From: Candidatus Latescibacterota bacterium | GTDB taxonomy: Bacteria > Latescibacterota > CBDEFO01 | Assembly (NCBI GenBank): GCA_965237525.1 | Contig: CBDEFO010000004.1 | Location: forward strand, 288,001-352,000 | DNA: 64,000 nucleotides | Direction of reading: 5' to 3' | Shown here: in pieces, positions 42,469 to 52,515 of the stretch | How positions within the stretch are numbered: the first letter of the stretch is position 1 | How the letters are laid out: every line of letters starts with the position of its first letter | Translations under genes and position numbers: made by a program | The notes under the pieces: generated by a model | What the model was told of the DNA's origin: nothing | Databases searched by the model: none | Seen by the model: the letters and a program-made list of their open reading frames with translations, nothing else

Positions 42469-43539
42469 CTATAGACCTATTCCCTCGACTTCAATTCTTC
42501 CAGGTTCCCCCAATTCTCCGTCTACTTTGAACTTTAGGGGCAGAAACTGCTCTACAACCCAGATATTGGTTAACAGATGCCGTGTAATCTTCGACGTAGT
42601 AAAACTGGAACAGCCATTTGCAAGAGCTATCCAGGGGATGAGTTGATCCGAAAGATGAGGGTCTAAAGCTCTACCTGTGTCGTAGTGTTGTAAGAATTGA
42701 TCTATCGTCTCATCAGCCACCCGTTCAGCCCGCTTTCCTCTTTCGCCCAGTGAACTGAAGCCGCACACAGCACCTTCAAACTCCGCTATCAACTTAACGA
42801 AAGTCCCTTTACCCACAGACGGTACCTCCATAGCGTCCATACCCGCGTCTAAGCCCTTATCCTTCAACCTCCTTTCGACCTGCTCCTTTTGACGATGCGC
42901 TATATTCATAGGAAGATTCGAGACGGCGGATATTCCCCTGATTCGCATAAGGTTACCCCTTTCCACAAAATCTATCCCTCTCAGGGAGTCCGCAGGCTGG
43001 ATGTCGCACTCGACTATGCCGCCCCCCCGCGGATACCACCCCCACCTTGCTATCGCTATTTTTGCTTTGAACCCCATCCACTCCGCCGAAGGCAGAAAGA
43101 CATCCCTTATGTAGTCAATCGGAGGTGCCCACCTTGTGTGAGTGCCCCCTTTCAAGACGATATGCGAAGCGGCGTCCGCAAAATTCAAGATCGGAGCTAA
43201 AGATTGAAATATCATGCCTGTCGAGCCTGCGCTTTCTCTTACTTCTGACACATCAAACTCATACCTTCCGGCTTCTGTATCGCCCGGGAACAGACAGACC
43301 CTCTGGGAGAACAACTCCGCCCCCTCTAATTTCCCATTGCATACACGAGCTACAGCGCGCACTCCCGTAAGATGCTGAGCCATAAGCCCCGGCTTTTTTC
43401 GGCCGGCTCTTATCTTTGTGACCTCAACTGGTCGCCCCAATATAGCCGAAAGAGAAAAGGCAGTCCTCAGGATCTGCCCTCCGCCCTCCCCGTACGATCC
43501 ATCTATACGCAGAAGCTGTCCCCTGGACACTAGTATCAC
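42469..43539 (-). CDS. rtcA: RNA 3'-terminal phosphate cyclase
   Basis: IDGSYGEGGGQILR, PGL..QHL, GWYPRGGG, HLSDQL, HLLTN. Confidence 0.95.
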   Translation of the reverse strand: MILVSRGQLLRIDGSYGEGGGQILRTAFSLSAILGRPVEVTKIRAGRKKPGLMAQHLTGVRAVARVCNGKLEGAELFSQRVCLFPGDTEAGRYEFDVSEVRESAGSTGMIFQSLAPILNFADAASHIVLKGGTHTRWAPPIDYIRDVFLPSAEWMGFKAKIAIARWGWYPRGGGIVECDIQPADSLRGIDFVERGNLMRIRGISAVSNLPMNIAHRQKEQVERRLKDKGLDAGMDAMEVPSVGKGTFVKLIAEFEGAVCGFSSLGERGKRAERVADETIDQFLQHYDTGRALDPHLSDQLIPWIALANGCSSFTTSKITRHLLTNIWVVEQFLPLKFKVDGELGEPGRIEVEGIGL

Positions 43540-43560
43540 CTCTTAGATCAGTAGTCATCA

Positions 43561-43593
43561 AACAGTAGACAGGGCTGCCGTTCCCATCCCTAC
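43561..43593 (-). repeat. Head-plus-heptamer dispersed repeat
   Basis: GGGATGGGAACGGCAGCCC-TGTCTAC-TGTT on minus strand. Confidence 0.7.
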
Positions 43594-43676
43594 CACAAGC
43601 CTTCAACAGCACACCCCAGAAATCTACTATTCCACAGTCCCAACGTCAAGCGCAATCCCAAGTTTTGGCTTTATCC

Positions 43677-43705
43677 TTGACAAAGAAGCACTTTTGTTCT
43701 AAATT
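43677..43705 (+). promoter_or_regulatory. sigma70 promoter
   Basis: TTGACA-17 nt-TAAATT. Confidence 0.6.
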
Positions 43706-43740
43706 AGATTTACAACGGTCCCTAAGAGAGCAATAAGACA

Positions 43741-44175
43741 ATGTCAAAATGCTCTTTGATCTTAATACGCGAAACTCCTGAACAGTTGACGGGGAGCGGA
43801 TGCTGCGGCAAATTGGAAGGTGACACGGTATGGCAGGGGGGAAACTGCGTGTTTGAAGACAGCAGAAAGGGACAGGAGATTATGGGGGATCTCTACATGA
43901 AAATCAAAGAAGAGATCGGCATAGATCATCTAGATATTACATATGTAGACCCCAGGAATCAGCTATATCTTATACCCAAGCTCCTCGGGGACGTTCTGAA
44001 ATTCAGACCTCCCCTAAGAGACGCATTAAAGACTATGTTTATGGTCTTTCCTGTTCCCGCTGTCATCTTAAACGGTAGGATCATCTCGGATCCGACATTG
44101 GGCTCGTCATATAACCTGGAGGACATCACTTCAACTTTCAATAGAGTTAGAGAGGTTCTAAAGCAGCCGATATAG
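43741..44175 (+). CDS. Hypothetical protein, possible thioredoxin-like fold with CC motif
   Basis: GSGCCG, YVDPRN, PAVILNGRII. Confidence 0.6.
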   Translation: MSKCSLILIRETPEQLTGSGCCGKLEGDTVWQGGNCVFEDSRKGQEIMGDLYMKIKEEIGIDHLDITYVDPRNQLYLIPKLLGDVLKFRPPLRDALKTMFMVFPVPAVILNGRIISDPTLGSSYNLEDITSTFNRVREVLKQPI

Positions 44176-44253
44176 TCTCAAATCAGCAGCGCGATGGTAG
44201 GAACCCCCCCAAACGCGAAGAACTTTTTGGGGAAAAAAGAAAGGGATTAGGAT

Positions 44254-45282
44254 TTGTTAGCAAACATACTCGTAAAGCCAGGCCACATAGAGCTAAGAGA
44301 AGTGGAGACACCCAAGCCGGGCTCCGGAGAAGTCGTGGTGAAGATAAAATCCGCTCTGACCTGTGGGACTGACCTTAAAGCCTTTAAAAGAGGCCATCCC
44401 AAGATGCCTATGCCCACGCTCTTTGGACACGAATTTTCAGGCGACATCTATGAAGCAGGGAACGGAGTAAACGGCTTCAAGGTGGGAGATCAGATAATGG
44501 CAGTTCATTCGGCTCCCTGTTTAGAGTGCCACTACTGCAAGATTGGATTGGAAAACCTCTGCGAGACGATAATGACGACCAAAGCCGTGGGAGCCTATGC
44601 AGAGTACATAAAAGTTCCGGAGCGCGTTGTAAAACACACAATGTTTGAAAAGCCTGACCATCTCTCATATGCTGAATCAGCTATGGTAGAACCCCTCGCT
44701 TGCGTCGTCAACGGCATAGACCAGGTTGAAATAAACCGGGACGATACAGTTCTTATCATAGGTGCAGGCGCCATCGGACTGATGCACATTATGGTGTCAA
44801 AGATTCTGGGTGCAAAGAGGATAATAGTCTCAGGCAGGAGGAAACTCCGTCTTAAGCTTGCAAAGGAACTCGGAGCAGACGAAGTCATAGACGCCGCCGT
44901 GGAAAATCCCGTCAAAAGGGTGATGGAACTTACAGATAAAATGGGAGCCGAGCTCGTCTTTGAATGTACAGGGCAACTTTCAGTGTGGGAAGAGTCTATC
45001 CACATGGTCTCAAAGGGCGGCACAGTAGTCCTCTTCGGAGGATGTCCCAAGGGAACAACAGTCTCCTTCGATACAACCAGACTCCACTACGATCAGATCA
45101 CCCTCAAGGGCGCCTTTCACTATACAAGAGCTGCTGTTAAGAAGGCCGCCGGGTATTTAGTGGAGAAGAGACTCGACGTCCAGAAACTCATCACGGACGA
45201 ACTACCTTTTACAGAGTTGAATAAGGCATTTCAGCTTTTGATGGAGGGCGAATCTGTTAAATTCGCCCTGACCACCTTATAA
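44254..45282 (+). CDS. Zinc-binding alcohol/polyol dehydrogenase
   Basis: CGTD, GHE, C..C..C..C, GAGAIG. Confidence 0.92.
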   Translation: MLANILVKPGHIELREVETPKPGSGEVVVKIKSALTCGTDLKAFKRGHPKMPMPTLFGHEFSGDIYEAGNGVNGFKVGDQIMAVHSAPCLECHYCKIGLENLCETIMTTKAVGAYAEYIKVPERVVKHTMFEKPDHLSYAESAMVEPLACVVNGIDQVEINRDDTVLIIGAGAIGLMHIMVSKILGAKRIIVSGRRKLRLKLAKELGADEVIDAAVENPVKRVMELTDKMGAELVFECTGQLSVWEESIHMVSKGGTVVLFGGCPKGTTVSFDTTRLHYDQITLKGAFHYTRAAVKKAAGYLVEKRLDVQKLITDELPFTELNKAFQLLMEGESVKFALTTL

Positions 45283-45391
45283 GTAGAAAGCAAACAGTAG
45301 CCCTTGATCCCCAATAACATCAATTGTGGACTCAATCGAGGGCAGACAGTGCATCGCTTGCCATTCCTGACTATAGTTAAATATCTCATAG

Positions 45392-46414
45392 ATGAAAGCA
45401 GCCGTAGTCCACAGCTTCAGTGACGTAAGGATAGAGGAAATAGACATACCCAAAATCGGTCCTGGGGACGCACTTGTAAAGATGAAAGCCTGCGGGATAT
45501 GCAGCGGCGATGTGACGCCATGGTACATCAACCGCAAGGCTCCTGTAGTCCTGGGACACGAACCTGCAGGCGTCATAGACGAAGTTGGGGAGCACGTCCA
45601 GAACTTCAAGGAGGGGGACAGGGTCTTCATCCATCATCACGCCCCCTGTTTGAATTGCAGGCACTGTATGCGGGGCAACTTCTCTATGTGCAGAACGTGG
45701 AGAAGATCCCATATAGTCCCAGGCGGGATTGCAGAATATGTCAAAGTCCCCGAGATAAATCTTCAAAATGATACAATTAAGCTGCCAGATAGCCTCTCCT
45801 TTGAAGATGGAGCACTGATAGAACCCACAGCCTGCTCTGTCAAAGCCTTAAAAAGAGCCAAGGTGCAAAAGGGCGATACCGTCCTGGTTATAGGCCTGGG
45901 TTTTATGGGTCAGTTGAACGTCATCCTCTCAAGATACTACGGAGCAGATAGAGTTATCGCCGCCGATTTAGTACCCTTCAGACTCGAAAGCGCAGTCCAG
46001 TTCGGAGCCGACCACGCCGTTGACGTATCCAAAGACAACCTCAAAGACAAAATGCAAGAATACACAGATGGGATAATGGCAGACGTGGTCATAGTCGGGC
46101 CTGGGAGCATCTCGGCTATAGAATCAGGGATCGAATGCGCAGGCTTTGGGAGCACGGTTGTCCTTTTCACCCCAACACCGGAAGGAGAGATTCTCAATAT
46201 CGAACCGTACCATCTCTATTTCAACGAGATAAACCTTATATGCAGTTACTCCTGCGGACCTGACGATACCAGATCTGCCCTCCACATAATAGAGAAAGGC
46301 ATAGTCCCCACCCAGAAGCTCATCACCCATCGCTATCCTATCGAACAGACACAACAAGCTTACAGGAAGACCTCCGAGGCCAAGGATTCTCTCAAGACGC
46401 TTATTTTATTGTAA
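45392..46414 (+). CDS. Zinc-binding alcohol/polyol dehydrogenase
   Basis: CGICSGD, GHE, C..C..C..C, GLGFMG. Confidence 0.92.
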   Translation: MKAAVVHSFSDVRIEEIDIPKIGPGDALVKMKACGICSGDVTPWYINRKAPVVLGHEPAGVIDEVGEHVQNFKEGDRVFIHHHAPCLNCRHCMRGNFSMCRTWRRSHIVPGGIAEYVKVPEINLQNDTIKLPDSLSFEDGALIEPTACSVKALKRAKVQKGDTVLVIGLGFMGQLNVILSRYYGADRVIAADLVPFRLESAVQFGADHAVDVSKDNLKDKMQEYTDGIMADVVIVGPGSISAIESGIECAGFGSTVVLFTPTPEGEILNIEPYHLYFNEINLICSYSCGPDDTRSALHIIEKGIVPTQKLITHRYPIEQTQQAYRKTSEAKDSLKTLILL

Positions 46415-46432
46415 TTGCAATAACAGATAAAT

Positions 46433-46456
46433 GTAGGGGCGAGGTAAGCTCGCCCC
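46433..46456. repeat. GTAG-type REP
   Basis: GTAGGGGCGAGGTAAGCTCGCCCC. Confidence 0.75.
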
Positions 46457-46457
46457 C

Positions 46458-46860
46458 ATGAAAACGACAGACAAGACCATGGGAGTAACACACAGATTCA
46501 AAGGCGAAAGCGGAAAGTTCGACTGGGAGGACGTTCGCCGTGAGCCTTACACAGGAGACGGCGCAGTTGGAGGAACTAAGCTCTCCATCATAGGCCCGCA
46601 AGAGGGAGCTCATAACTTTACCTTCCGATATTACGAAGTAGAACCCGGCGGGCGGACTTCCTTCGACCGACATACGCACGACCACGGGGTTCTCATAGTT
46701 AAAGGAAAAGCGAGGGTCCTTATAGGCGGAGAAAAAAAGAGGTCGGATTCGGAGATGTAATCTATATCGGCCCCAACGAGCCACACCAGTTTGAGAGCAT
46801 CGGCGATGAGGCCTTAGGGTTTTTCTGCGTCGCCTCACCCAAAGAAGTAGACAGTAGACA
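46458..46860 (+). pseudogene. Cupin-domain protein split by a frameshift at A7 (46732-46738)
   Basis: EPGG.T..DRHTHDH in frame 0; GDVIYIGPNEPHQF in -1 frame; true 3' end uncertain. Confidence 0.75.
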
Positions 46861-47006
46861 GGAATTCCCCCTTCCCCCTAAACCGTTATTGCGATCGATA
46901 GCGACCCGGTCAGGACTTCCAACTCCGAAGGAGAGGCGAAGCGGAATCTATCTCCGTTAGACTGCCTTTCCTTCCTCTATTTTGTACTTTATAGAAAGAT
47001 ACAAAG

Positions 47007-47819
47007 ATGAACGATAAAGAAGAATTCTTGAATTTGGCAGTAGAAACAGCCCTAAAAGCCGGAGGGCTGCTCATAGACTATCTGGGGAACATTGAGTGTG
47101 TAGAGGACAAAGGCGTCGGAGATCTGGTAACCGAGGCCGATAGAGACTCGGAGTCCCTCGTAGTTGAAGCTATCAAAAAGGCATTACCCGATCACGGTAT
47201 AGTCGGCGAAGAGGGGAGCGGATTTAACCTAAATTCGGAATACTGCTGGCTGATTGACCCTTTAGACGCCACGTTCAACTACGCCCACGGATTTCCGATC
47301 TTCGACGTATCGATAGGGCTGCTGAAGGACGGCGTACCAGTAGTGGGCGCTGTGTACGATCCACTAAGGGACAAAATGTTTTGCGCATCTGATGGCAACG
47401 GAGCATATCTCAATGAAGATTTGCTTCAGGTAAGCGATACTCCGAAGTTAACGCCGACAGCTCTTTTTGCCGTCTCCACGGCAATAGTGGAAAATGAACT
47501 GATGCCCGGAACGGTTAAGTACATGCAGAAGATATTCTCAAACGGCTCAAAGTGCAGGTCCATAGGCTGCGCCGCTTTGAGCCTGTGCTACACAGCAGAA
47601 GGGGTATTCGACGGATATATAGATATGGACATCAAGGCGTGGGACATAGCGGCTTCGGGCCTTATCCTCCTGGAGGCGGGAGGCGAATTCACATATCTTT
47701 CAGGCGAACCTGTGTTTCCTCTTAAGGGAGAGCCGAAGACCTACTCAAACCTGCGAATGAACCTCTTAGGAACAAACGGAAAAATTCACGGACAGATCCT
47801 TGAGTCAATGGGCAAATAG
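47007..47819 (+). CDS. Inositol monophosphatase family protein
   Basis: DLVTEAD, GEE, WLIDPLDAT.NY, WDIAA. Confidence 0.93.
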   Translation: MNDKEEFLNLAVETALKAGGLLIDYLGNIECVEDKGVGDLVTEADRDSESLVVEAIKKALPDHGIVGEEGSGFNLNSEYCWLIDPLDATFNYAHGFPIFDVSIGLLKDGVPVVGAVYDPLRDKMFCASDGNGAYLNEDLLQVSDTPKLTPTALFAVSTAIVENELMPGTVKYMQKIFSNGSKCRSIGCAALSLCYTAEGVFDGYIDMDIKAWDIAASGLILLEAGGEFTYLSGEPVFPLKGEPKTYSNLRMNLLGTNGKIHGQILESMGK

Positions 47820-47900
47820 CCAGTAGGTAGTGGAATTGGCCTTGACGAAATAAGCTCCTTTAGTACATTTCTCACAAAATCTCTCAAAATCTCGGATAGA

Positions 47901-47931
47901 ACGCCCGTCAGACATGGCGGGCTTTTTCTTT
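47901..47931 (+). terminator. Intrinsic terminator
   Basis: GCCCGTCA-GACA-TGGCGGGC-TTTTTCTTT. Confidence 0.75.
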
Positions 47932-47970
47932 GGTTATTTACCAGACTACCTACTTTAGTAACAGGAGTCA

Positions 47971-48027
47971 GTACGGGCAAACCCATGTGTTAACCCAATC
48001 AGGGCAGAGACGCGGGTTTGACCCTAC
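47971..48027. repeat. Degenerate GTAG-type REP doublet
   Basis: GTACGGGCAAA..ACCC / AGGGCAGA..TGACCCTAC. Confidence 0.6.
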
Positions 48028-48182
48028 TCTTTGCTATCTACTTGATTACGCGTATGCTTCCACAACAGTTCAATATTACACATACATAAGAGTTATAGTG
48101 TTCACAAAATGGAGAATAATCGATCAGATGTCAAGATGTATTTGCAGGAAGCTCTGCTAAGGTAATGGACCGTCAAATTTAT

Positions 48183-48211
48183 TTGACAAGAGAGACAAAA
48201 TCGAGTACCTT
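48183..48211 (+). promoter_or_regulatory. sigma70 promoter
   Basis: TTGACA-17 nt-TACCTT. Confidence 0.6.
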
Positions 48212-48281
48212 GGAGGTAACAAACAACTGACAAAACATCACACTCAACCTAGTTTCACAGGTAAAATCAAAGGAGCGGAGC

Positions 48282-49865
48282 ATGCCACAACCACGCATGA
48301 TGTTCTATCACGACGCACGTCACTCTCTAATCTATATGTACGAGCCGCCGATGCAGAAAGAGGAGTGCGAGGCCGCTGTCAATGAATTAGTCGGCACGCC
48401 GATAGAGGCCATAATGTTCTGCCTGGGAGATGGGCGCACCGTACTCCACGACACTAAAGTAGGTGAGTTATGGGGCCATAATGTGGATAAATGGTCACAT
48501 CTGATCTTCCACCGGGCCCACCGAAACGCTGTAGACTTGATCGAAGCAAGCTACGATCCGCTGCGCATCGTCTGCGACCGCGCTCATCAAAAGGGTATGC
48601 TGATCTACCCTACCCTACTGGTGCAGCAGGGCAGCGGCCAGCGCGGTCAGGATACGCGCGGATCGGACTTTCGCTTTGACAATAAACACTTGGAGATCGG
48701 TGCCAAAGGCGACCTCGATCCTAACCTTCCCGGATTGGACTGCCTGGATTTTAAGCATAAGGAGGTGCAGGAAGAGCGCTTTGCATTGATCGAGGAGACA
48801 CTCACTAACTACCCTGTGGATGGCTTTGAATTGCAGCTGAACTATCAACCCTATTACTTTCATCCGAAAGAGGTAGAAGCAGGCTGTAAGATCATGACAG
48901 AGTGGATCGGGCGCGTTTATGAGGCGTTGAAAAAGAGCGGCTCTGAGCGCGAGCTGGCGATCCGCATCCCATTCAGCATCGAGGGATGTTTATCTGTAGG
49001 TCTTGACGTGTGCGAATGGATCAAAGAGGGTATTGTGGGCGTCCTGATCGGCCAGGCATTTTCAGTCCCGGAACTGCTCGATCAACTGACCGATTTCACC
49101 CCTTTAGTGGAAGCAGCAAAAGGTACAAAGTGCCGTATTCACGCCGCCATCCAAAGCCATGTGGACTCCGATCGCCTGGGCGATGCGACTATCGAGATGA
49201 TCCGCGCCGCTGCATGCAATTACTGGGATCAGGGCATCGACGGACTATACCTGGCGCATTGGTTCAACAACTGGCCGTACGGGGCATCCTTCTATGAAAA
49301 ACTACGTGAGCTGCCCCATCCTGATGTCATGGGCGTCAAGGATAAACACTATTACGTCCTCACCGAAACGGGTAGAAACCCACAACCAGCTGGAGAACCG
49401 GGGACAACCAGACAGCTCCCCCGTAACCTGGAGGAGAACAAACCTGTTGAGATAGATATACAAATCAGCGATGACCTGCGGCGCTGGGACAGAGTCGGTC
49501 GCGTGCATGAAGTACTCCTGCGCGTGCGGATTATGAACACCACTGAGATCGACCAGTTGCGCTTCGAGCTCAACGGAGTAGAATTTCCCGATAGGCTTCT
49601 GCGCAAGATCAACCAGATATACAGGATGCATGCGCCGCGGTATCGCACTGGCTCAGACTACTGGTTCGTCTATAAGCTGGATCGGGAGCACTGGCCTCTA
49701 AAGGGAACTAACACCCTCAAGGTGACACTCTTAAAGCGGGATCCAGAGGTGACACCTCAGATATATATTCGCGATGTGGAGTTGGAAATCAAATATCTGA
49801 TGGGCAAGAACTTTCATCGAGGCCAGGATCCGGATCTTGGTCCGTACGAGCACAGTGGCTTATAG
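48282..49865 (+). CDS. Glycoside-hydrolase-like TIM-barrel protein with C-terminal beta-sandwich
   Basis: LDFKHKEV, NYPVDGFEL, GIDGLYL; AAGGAG RBS; no signal peptide. Confidence 0.6.
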   Translation: MPQPRMMFYHDARHSLIYMYEPPMQKEECEAAVNELVGTPIEAIMFCLGDGRTVLHDTKVGELWGHNVDKWSHLIFHRAHRNAVDLIEASYDPLRIVCDRAHQKGMLIYPTLLVQQGSGQRGQDTRGSDFRFDNKHLEIGAKGDLDPNLPGLDCLDFKHKEVQEERFALIEETLTNYPVDGFELQLNYQPYYFHPKEVEAGCKIMTEWIGRVYEALKKSGSERELAIRIPFSIEGCLSVGLDVCEWIKEGIVGVLIGQAFSVPELLDQLTDFTPLVEAAKGTKCRIHAAIQSHVDSDRLGDATIEMIRAAACNYWDQGIDGLYLAHWFNNWPYGASFYEKLRELPHPDVMGVKDKHYYVLTETGRNPQPAGEPGTTRQLPRNLEENKPVEIDIQISDDLRRWDRVGRVHEVLLRVRIMNTTEIDQLRFELNGVEFPDRLLRKINQIYRMHAPRYRTGSDYWFVYKLDREHWPLKGTNTLKVTLLKRDPEVTPQIYIRDVELEIKYLMGKNFHRGQDPDLGPYEHSGL

Positions 49866-49903
49866 ACCTGCAGACAGCAAAGCAAGAAAGGTAAGAGCGA
49901 ACA

Positions 49904-49933
49904 GTCAGGGCAGACCTATGCGTCTGCCCTGAC
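49904..49933. repeat. REP-like palindrome
   Basis: GTCAGGGCAGAC-CTATGC-GTCTGCCCTGAC. Confidence 0.7.
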
Positions 49934-50049
49934 CAATGTGTCAAGCATGAAAATACGGATGTCGGGACAACCACTGGCTGGCTTGTTTCCACATCTCCCG
50001 TGCACTGCCCATGGGTTCGGCGTTACTTTTATACGCTTTTGTATTTATA

Positions 50050-50078
50050 TTGACAATGTATGACCTGTGGCGTATAAT
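50050..50078 (+). promoter_or_regulatory. Consensus sigma70 promoter
   Basis: TTGACA-17 nt-TATAAT. Confidence 0.8.
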
Positions 50079-50112
50079 GTGTTATTAACGTTTTGCTTAC
50101 CCGGAGACAATA

Positions 50113-50259
50113 ATGTTCGGAGACCTAGACAAGCTGAGACAGAATCCCAAACTCAAAAGGCATAAATACGAGTGGTTGATAATCCTTGCCATTGCCGTAG
50201 CCATCGCTCTTATAGGCGGAGGTCTGTTTGATCTTATTATGTGGTTTTCAAAGCAGTAG
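50113..50259 (+). CDS. 48-aa single-pass membrane protein (absent from ORF track)
   Basis: GGAG RBS; MFGDLDKLRQNPKLKRHKYEWLIILAIAVAIALIGGGLFDLIMWFSKQ. Confidence 0.65.
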   Translation: MFGDLDKLRQNPKLKRHKYEWLIILAIAVAIALIGGGLFDLIMWFSKQ

Positions 50260-50279
50260 AGCAGAAAGGAAGATTAATA

Positions 50280-51375
50280 ATGAACGGCAAGGCAGCTATA
50301 TTCACAAAGGCGCGCGCGCCCTTCGAAATAAGAGAATATCCCGTGCCGGACGTAGGAGCCGACGCTATAGTAGTGGTACTTTCGATGTCGAACATCTGCG
50401 GTTCGGATCTTCACTTCTGGAAGGGGCGCGGACCTGGCATACCCCAGGGCATAAATCAGATTTTAGGCCACGAAATGGTCGGCACAATTTACGCCCTGGG
50501 GAAAAATGTGAAGACTGACGATCTGGGACAACCCCTCAAGGAGGGAGACAGGATCGTCTATTCCTATTTCAGATCCTGCGGACAATGTCCAGTATGTCTT
50601 ACCGGAGGACCGGCGTGTCCCAACAGATACAGGGATTGGATAGGGGTCCCAGCAGACGAGTTTCCGCACTTCAACGGCGCATACTGGGGAATATTACTAT
50701 ATGGAGCCGGGACATTGGGTCTTCAAGGTGCCCGACGAACTTCCCGATCAAGTGGTCTCGCCCCTGAACTGCGCTCTTTGCGAGTCGATATATGGTATGA
50801 ATCAAATAGGGATCACCCTGGAGGATACAGTAGTGATACAGGGTGCCGGCGGCTTGGGACTCTACGCCTCCTCTATAGCCAAGGAGATGGGCGCAGGACA
50901 GGTTATCGTTCTGGACAGGTTAGAGGACAGATTGAACTTGGCAAAAGAGTTCGGCGCGGACAGTGTTGTAAATGTAATAGAAACTAATAGGGAGCAGAGG
51001 ATGGAATTGGTGCACGATCTGACAAGAGGAGCCGGTGCCGACGTTGTCGCGGAGTTCACAGGGGTCCCACAGGTAATAGACGAGGGGCTTAAACTGCTCA
51101 GATTCGGGGGAAGGTATCTCTGGATAGGCAACATAAACGTCGGCTTCAAGACAAAGTTAGATCCGGCGCTGGTAGTCAGGCCGAACAGGACCATAAAGGG
51201 CATCACAGCTTACGAAAAGTGGGTCATGCCGAGGGCCTTGGATTTCCTTGTCAGGGCAAAGGATAAGTACCCCTTCCATAAGATCATCTCCCATAAGTTC
51301 AGATTTGACCAGATCAACGAAGCGTTTCGATTTGCAGACGATGGCAGGGCTATCAGAGTTGCGTTAGAATTTTAA
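50280..51375 (+). pseudogene. Zinc-binding dehydrogenase with +1 frameshift near 50685
   Basis: ICGSD, GHE, Cys cluster in first frame; GAGGLG in second frame. Confidence 0.85.
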
Positions 51376-51506
51376 GGTGACCCCAATAATGCGGCGTTAG
51401 CACTGCGTGTATTGCAACCAGCCCTTTCCGGGGGTATTTGAGGAGCAAGCGATAACAAAGCGCGAAGCGCACGAAGAACATTTGGGGCAGAAGGGAGACT
51501 AACAAT

Positions 51507-52346
51507 ATGTCCATAGTAGTTGACGCTCACCTTCACGTATGGGACGAGTTCGCATCAGCGGGCAGACCGGCTCTATCCTCTTTTCCCGGTCAGTTCTGCG
51601 TGCACTCTGAGGCCTCCGCCGAACTTCTTCTGGACTACATGGATGAAGCCGATGTCGACAAAGCGGTGCTTGTTCAGCCCGTGTACTACGGCGCCGACAA
51701 TACTTACCTATCTTCAGTGTTGAAGCGATTTCCGGGAAAATTCGCAGGTGTATGCGTCGTTCATCCCTGGGACAGAGACGCCCCAGATCGATTAGAATAC
51801 TGGGTCGAGGAGAACAACATAAGGGGAATAAGACTCCGACCAGCAGTGCCAGAGGAAAAAGTATGGTTTAATCACAAGGACACATATCCACTGTGGGAAA
51901 GGGCACAAAAGTTGAACGTGCCAGTATGCGTGCTCTTGGGTCCCCACCCTCTGGATATAGTGGAGGAAATGGCCGTACGATTTGAGGGCGTAAGATTGGT
52001 TCTGGATCACATGGCCTATCCGAACGTAGAAGAGAAAACATCAGGGAAGCGCTTCCAAAAGCTTCTGAGCCTTTCAGATCTTCCCAACGTATATATCAAG
52101 ATATCGGGTTTCGGATGGTATTCCAAGGAGCGGTATCCCTACAGCGATACGCACGAGATTATAAAGGTTGTGCGGGATGAGTTCGGCGCCAAAAGGATGC
52201 TCTGGGGGACCGACTTCCCGCACGTCCTTGTCAAGTGCGGCTACATCAGGAATCTCAACTTCATAAGAAGGGAACTTGCATTCCTGTCGGACGAAGATAA
52301 GGAACATATATTGGGCGCGACTGCGATGAGCCTATGGGAGTTCTGA
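51507..52346 (+). CDS. Amidohydrolase family protein
   Basis: DAHLHVW, LDHM, KISG, WGTDFP. Confidence 0.9.
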   Translation: MSIVVDAHLHVWDEFASAGRPALSSFPGQFCVHSEASAELLLDYMDEADVDKAVLVQPVYYGADNTYLSSVLKRFPGKFAGVCVVHPWDRDAPDRLEYWVEENNIRGIRLRPAVPEEKVWFNHKDTYPLWERAQKLNVPVCVLLGPHPLDIVEEMAVRFEGVRLVLDHMAYPNVEEKTSGKRFQKLLSLSDLPNVYIKISGFGWYSKERYPYSDTHEIIKVVRDEFGAKRMLWGTDFPHVLVKCGYIRNLNFIRRELAFLSDEDKEHILGATAMSLWEF

Positions 52347-52368
52347 AAGGCAGCAGAGAGGATACATA

Positions 52369-52473
52369 AGTAGAAAGCAGGGGTAGACAGTAAACCAGGG
52401 GCTGCCGCCCATCCCTTGAGATTGGTTCGCTCCCCCCGATTGACCCCCGATAGATTCAATCGGGGACAATCTC
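52369..52473. repeat. Head-plus-heptamer repeat plus CCCCCGATAGATTCAATCGGGG palindrome
   Basis: Minus strand GGGATGGGCGGCAGCCCC..TACTGTCTAC; palindrome 52444-52465. Confidence 0.65.
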
Positions 52474-52515
52474 TAAGGAAGGGAAGACGGTATTCTGTCT
52501 ACGGCCTGCTTCTTT

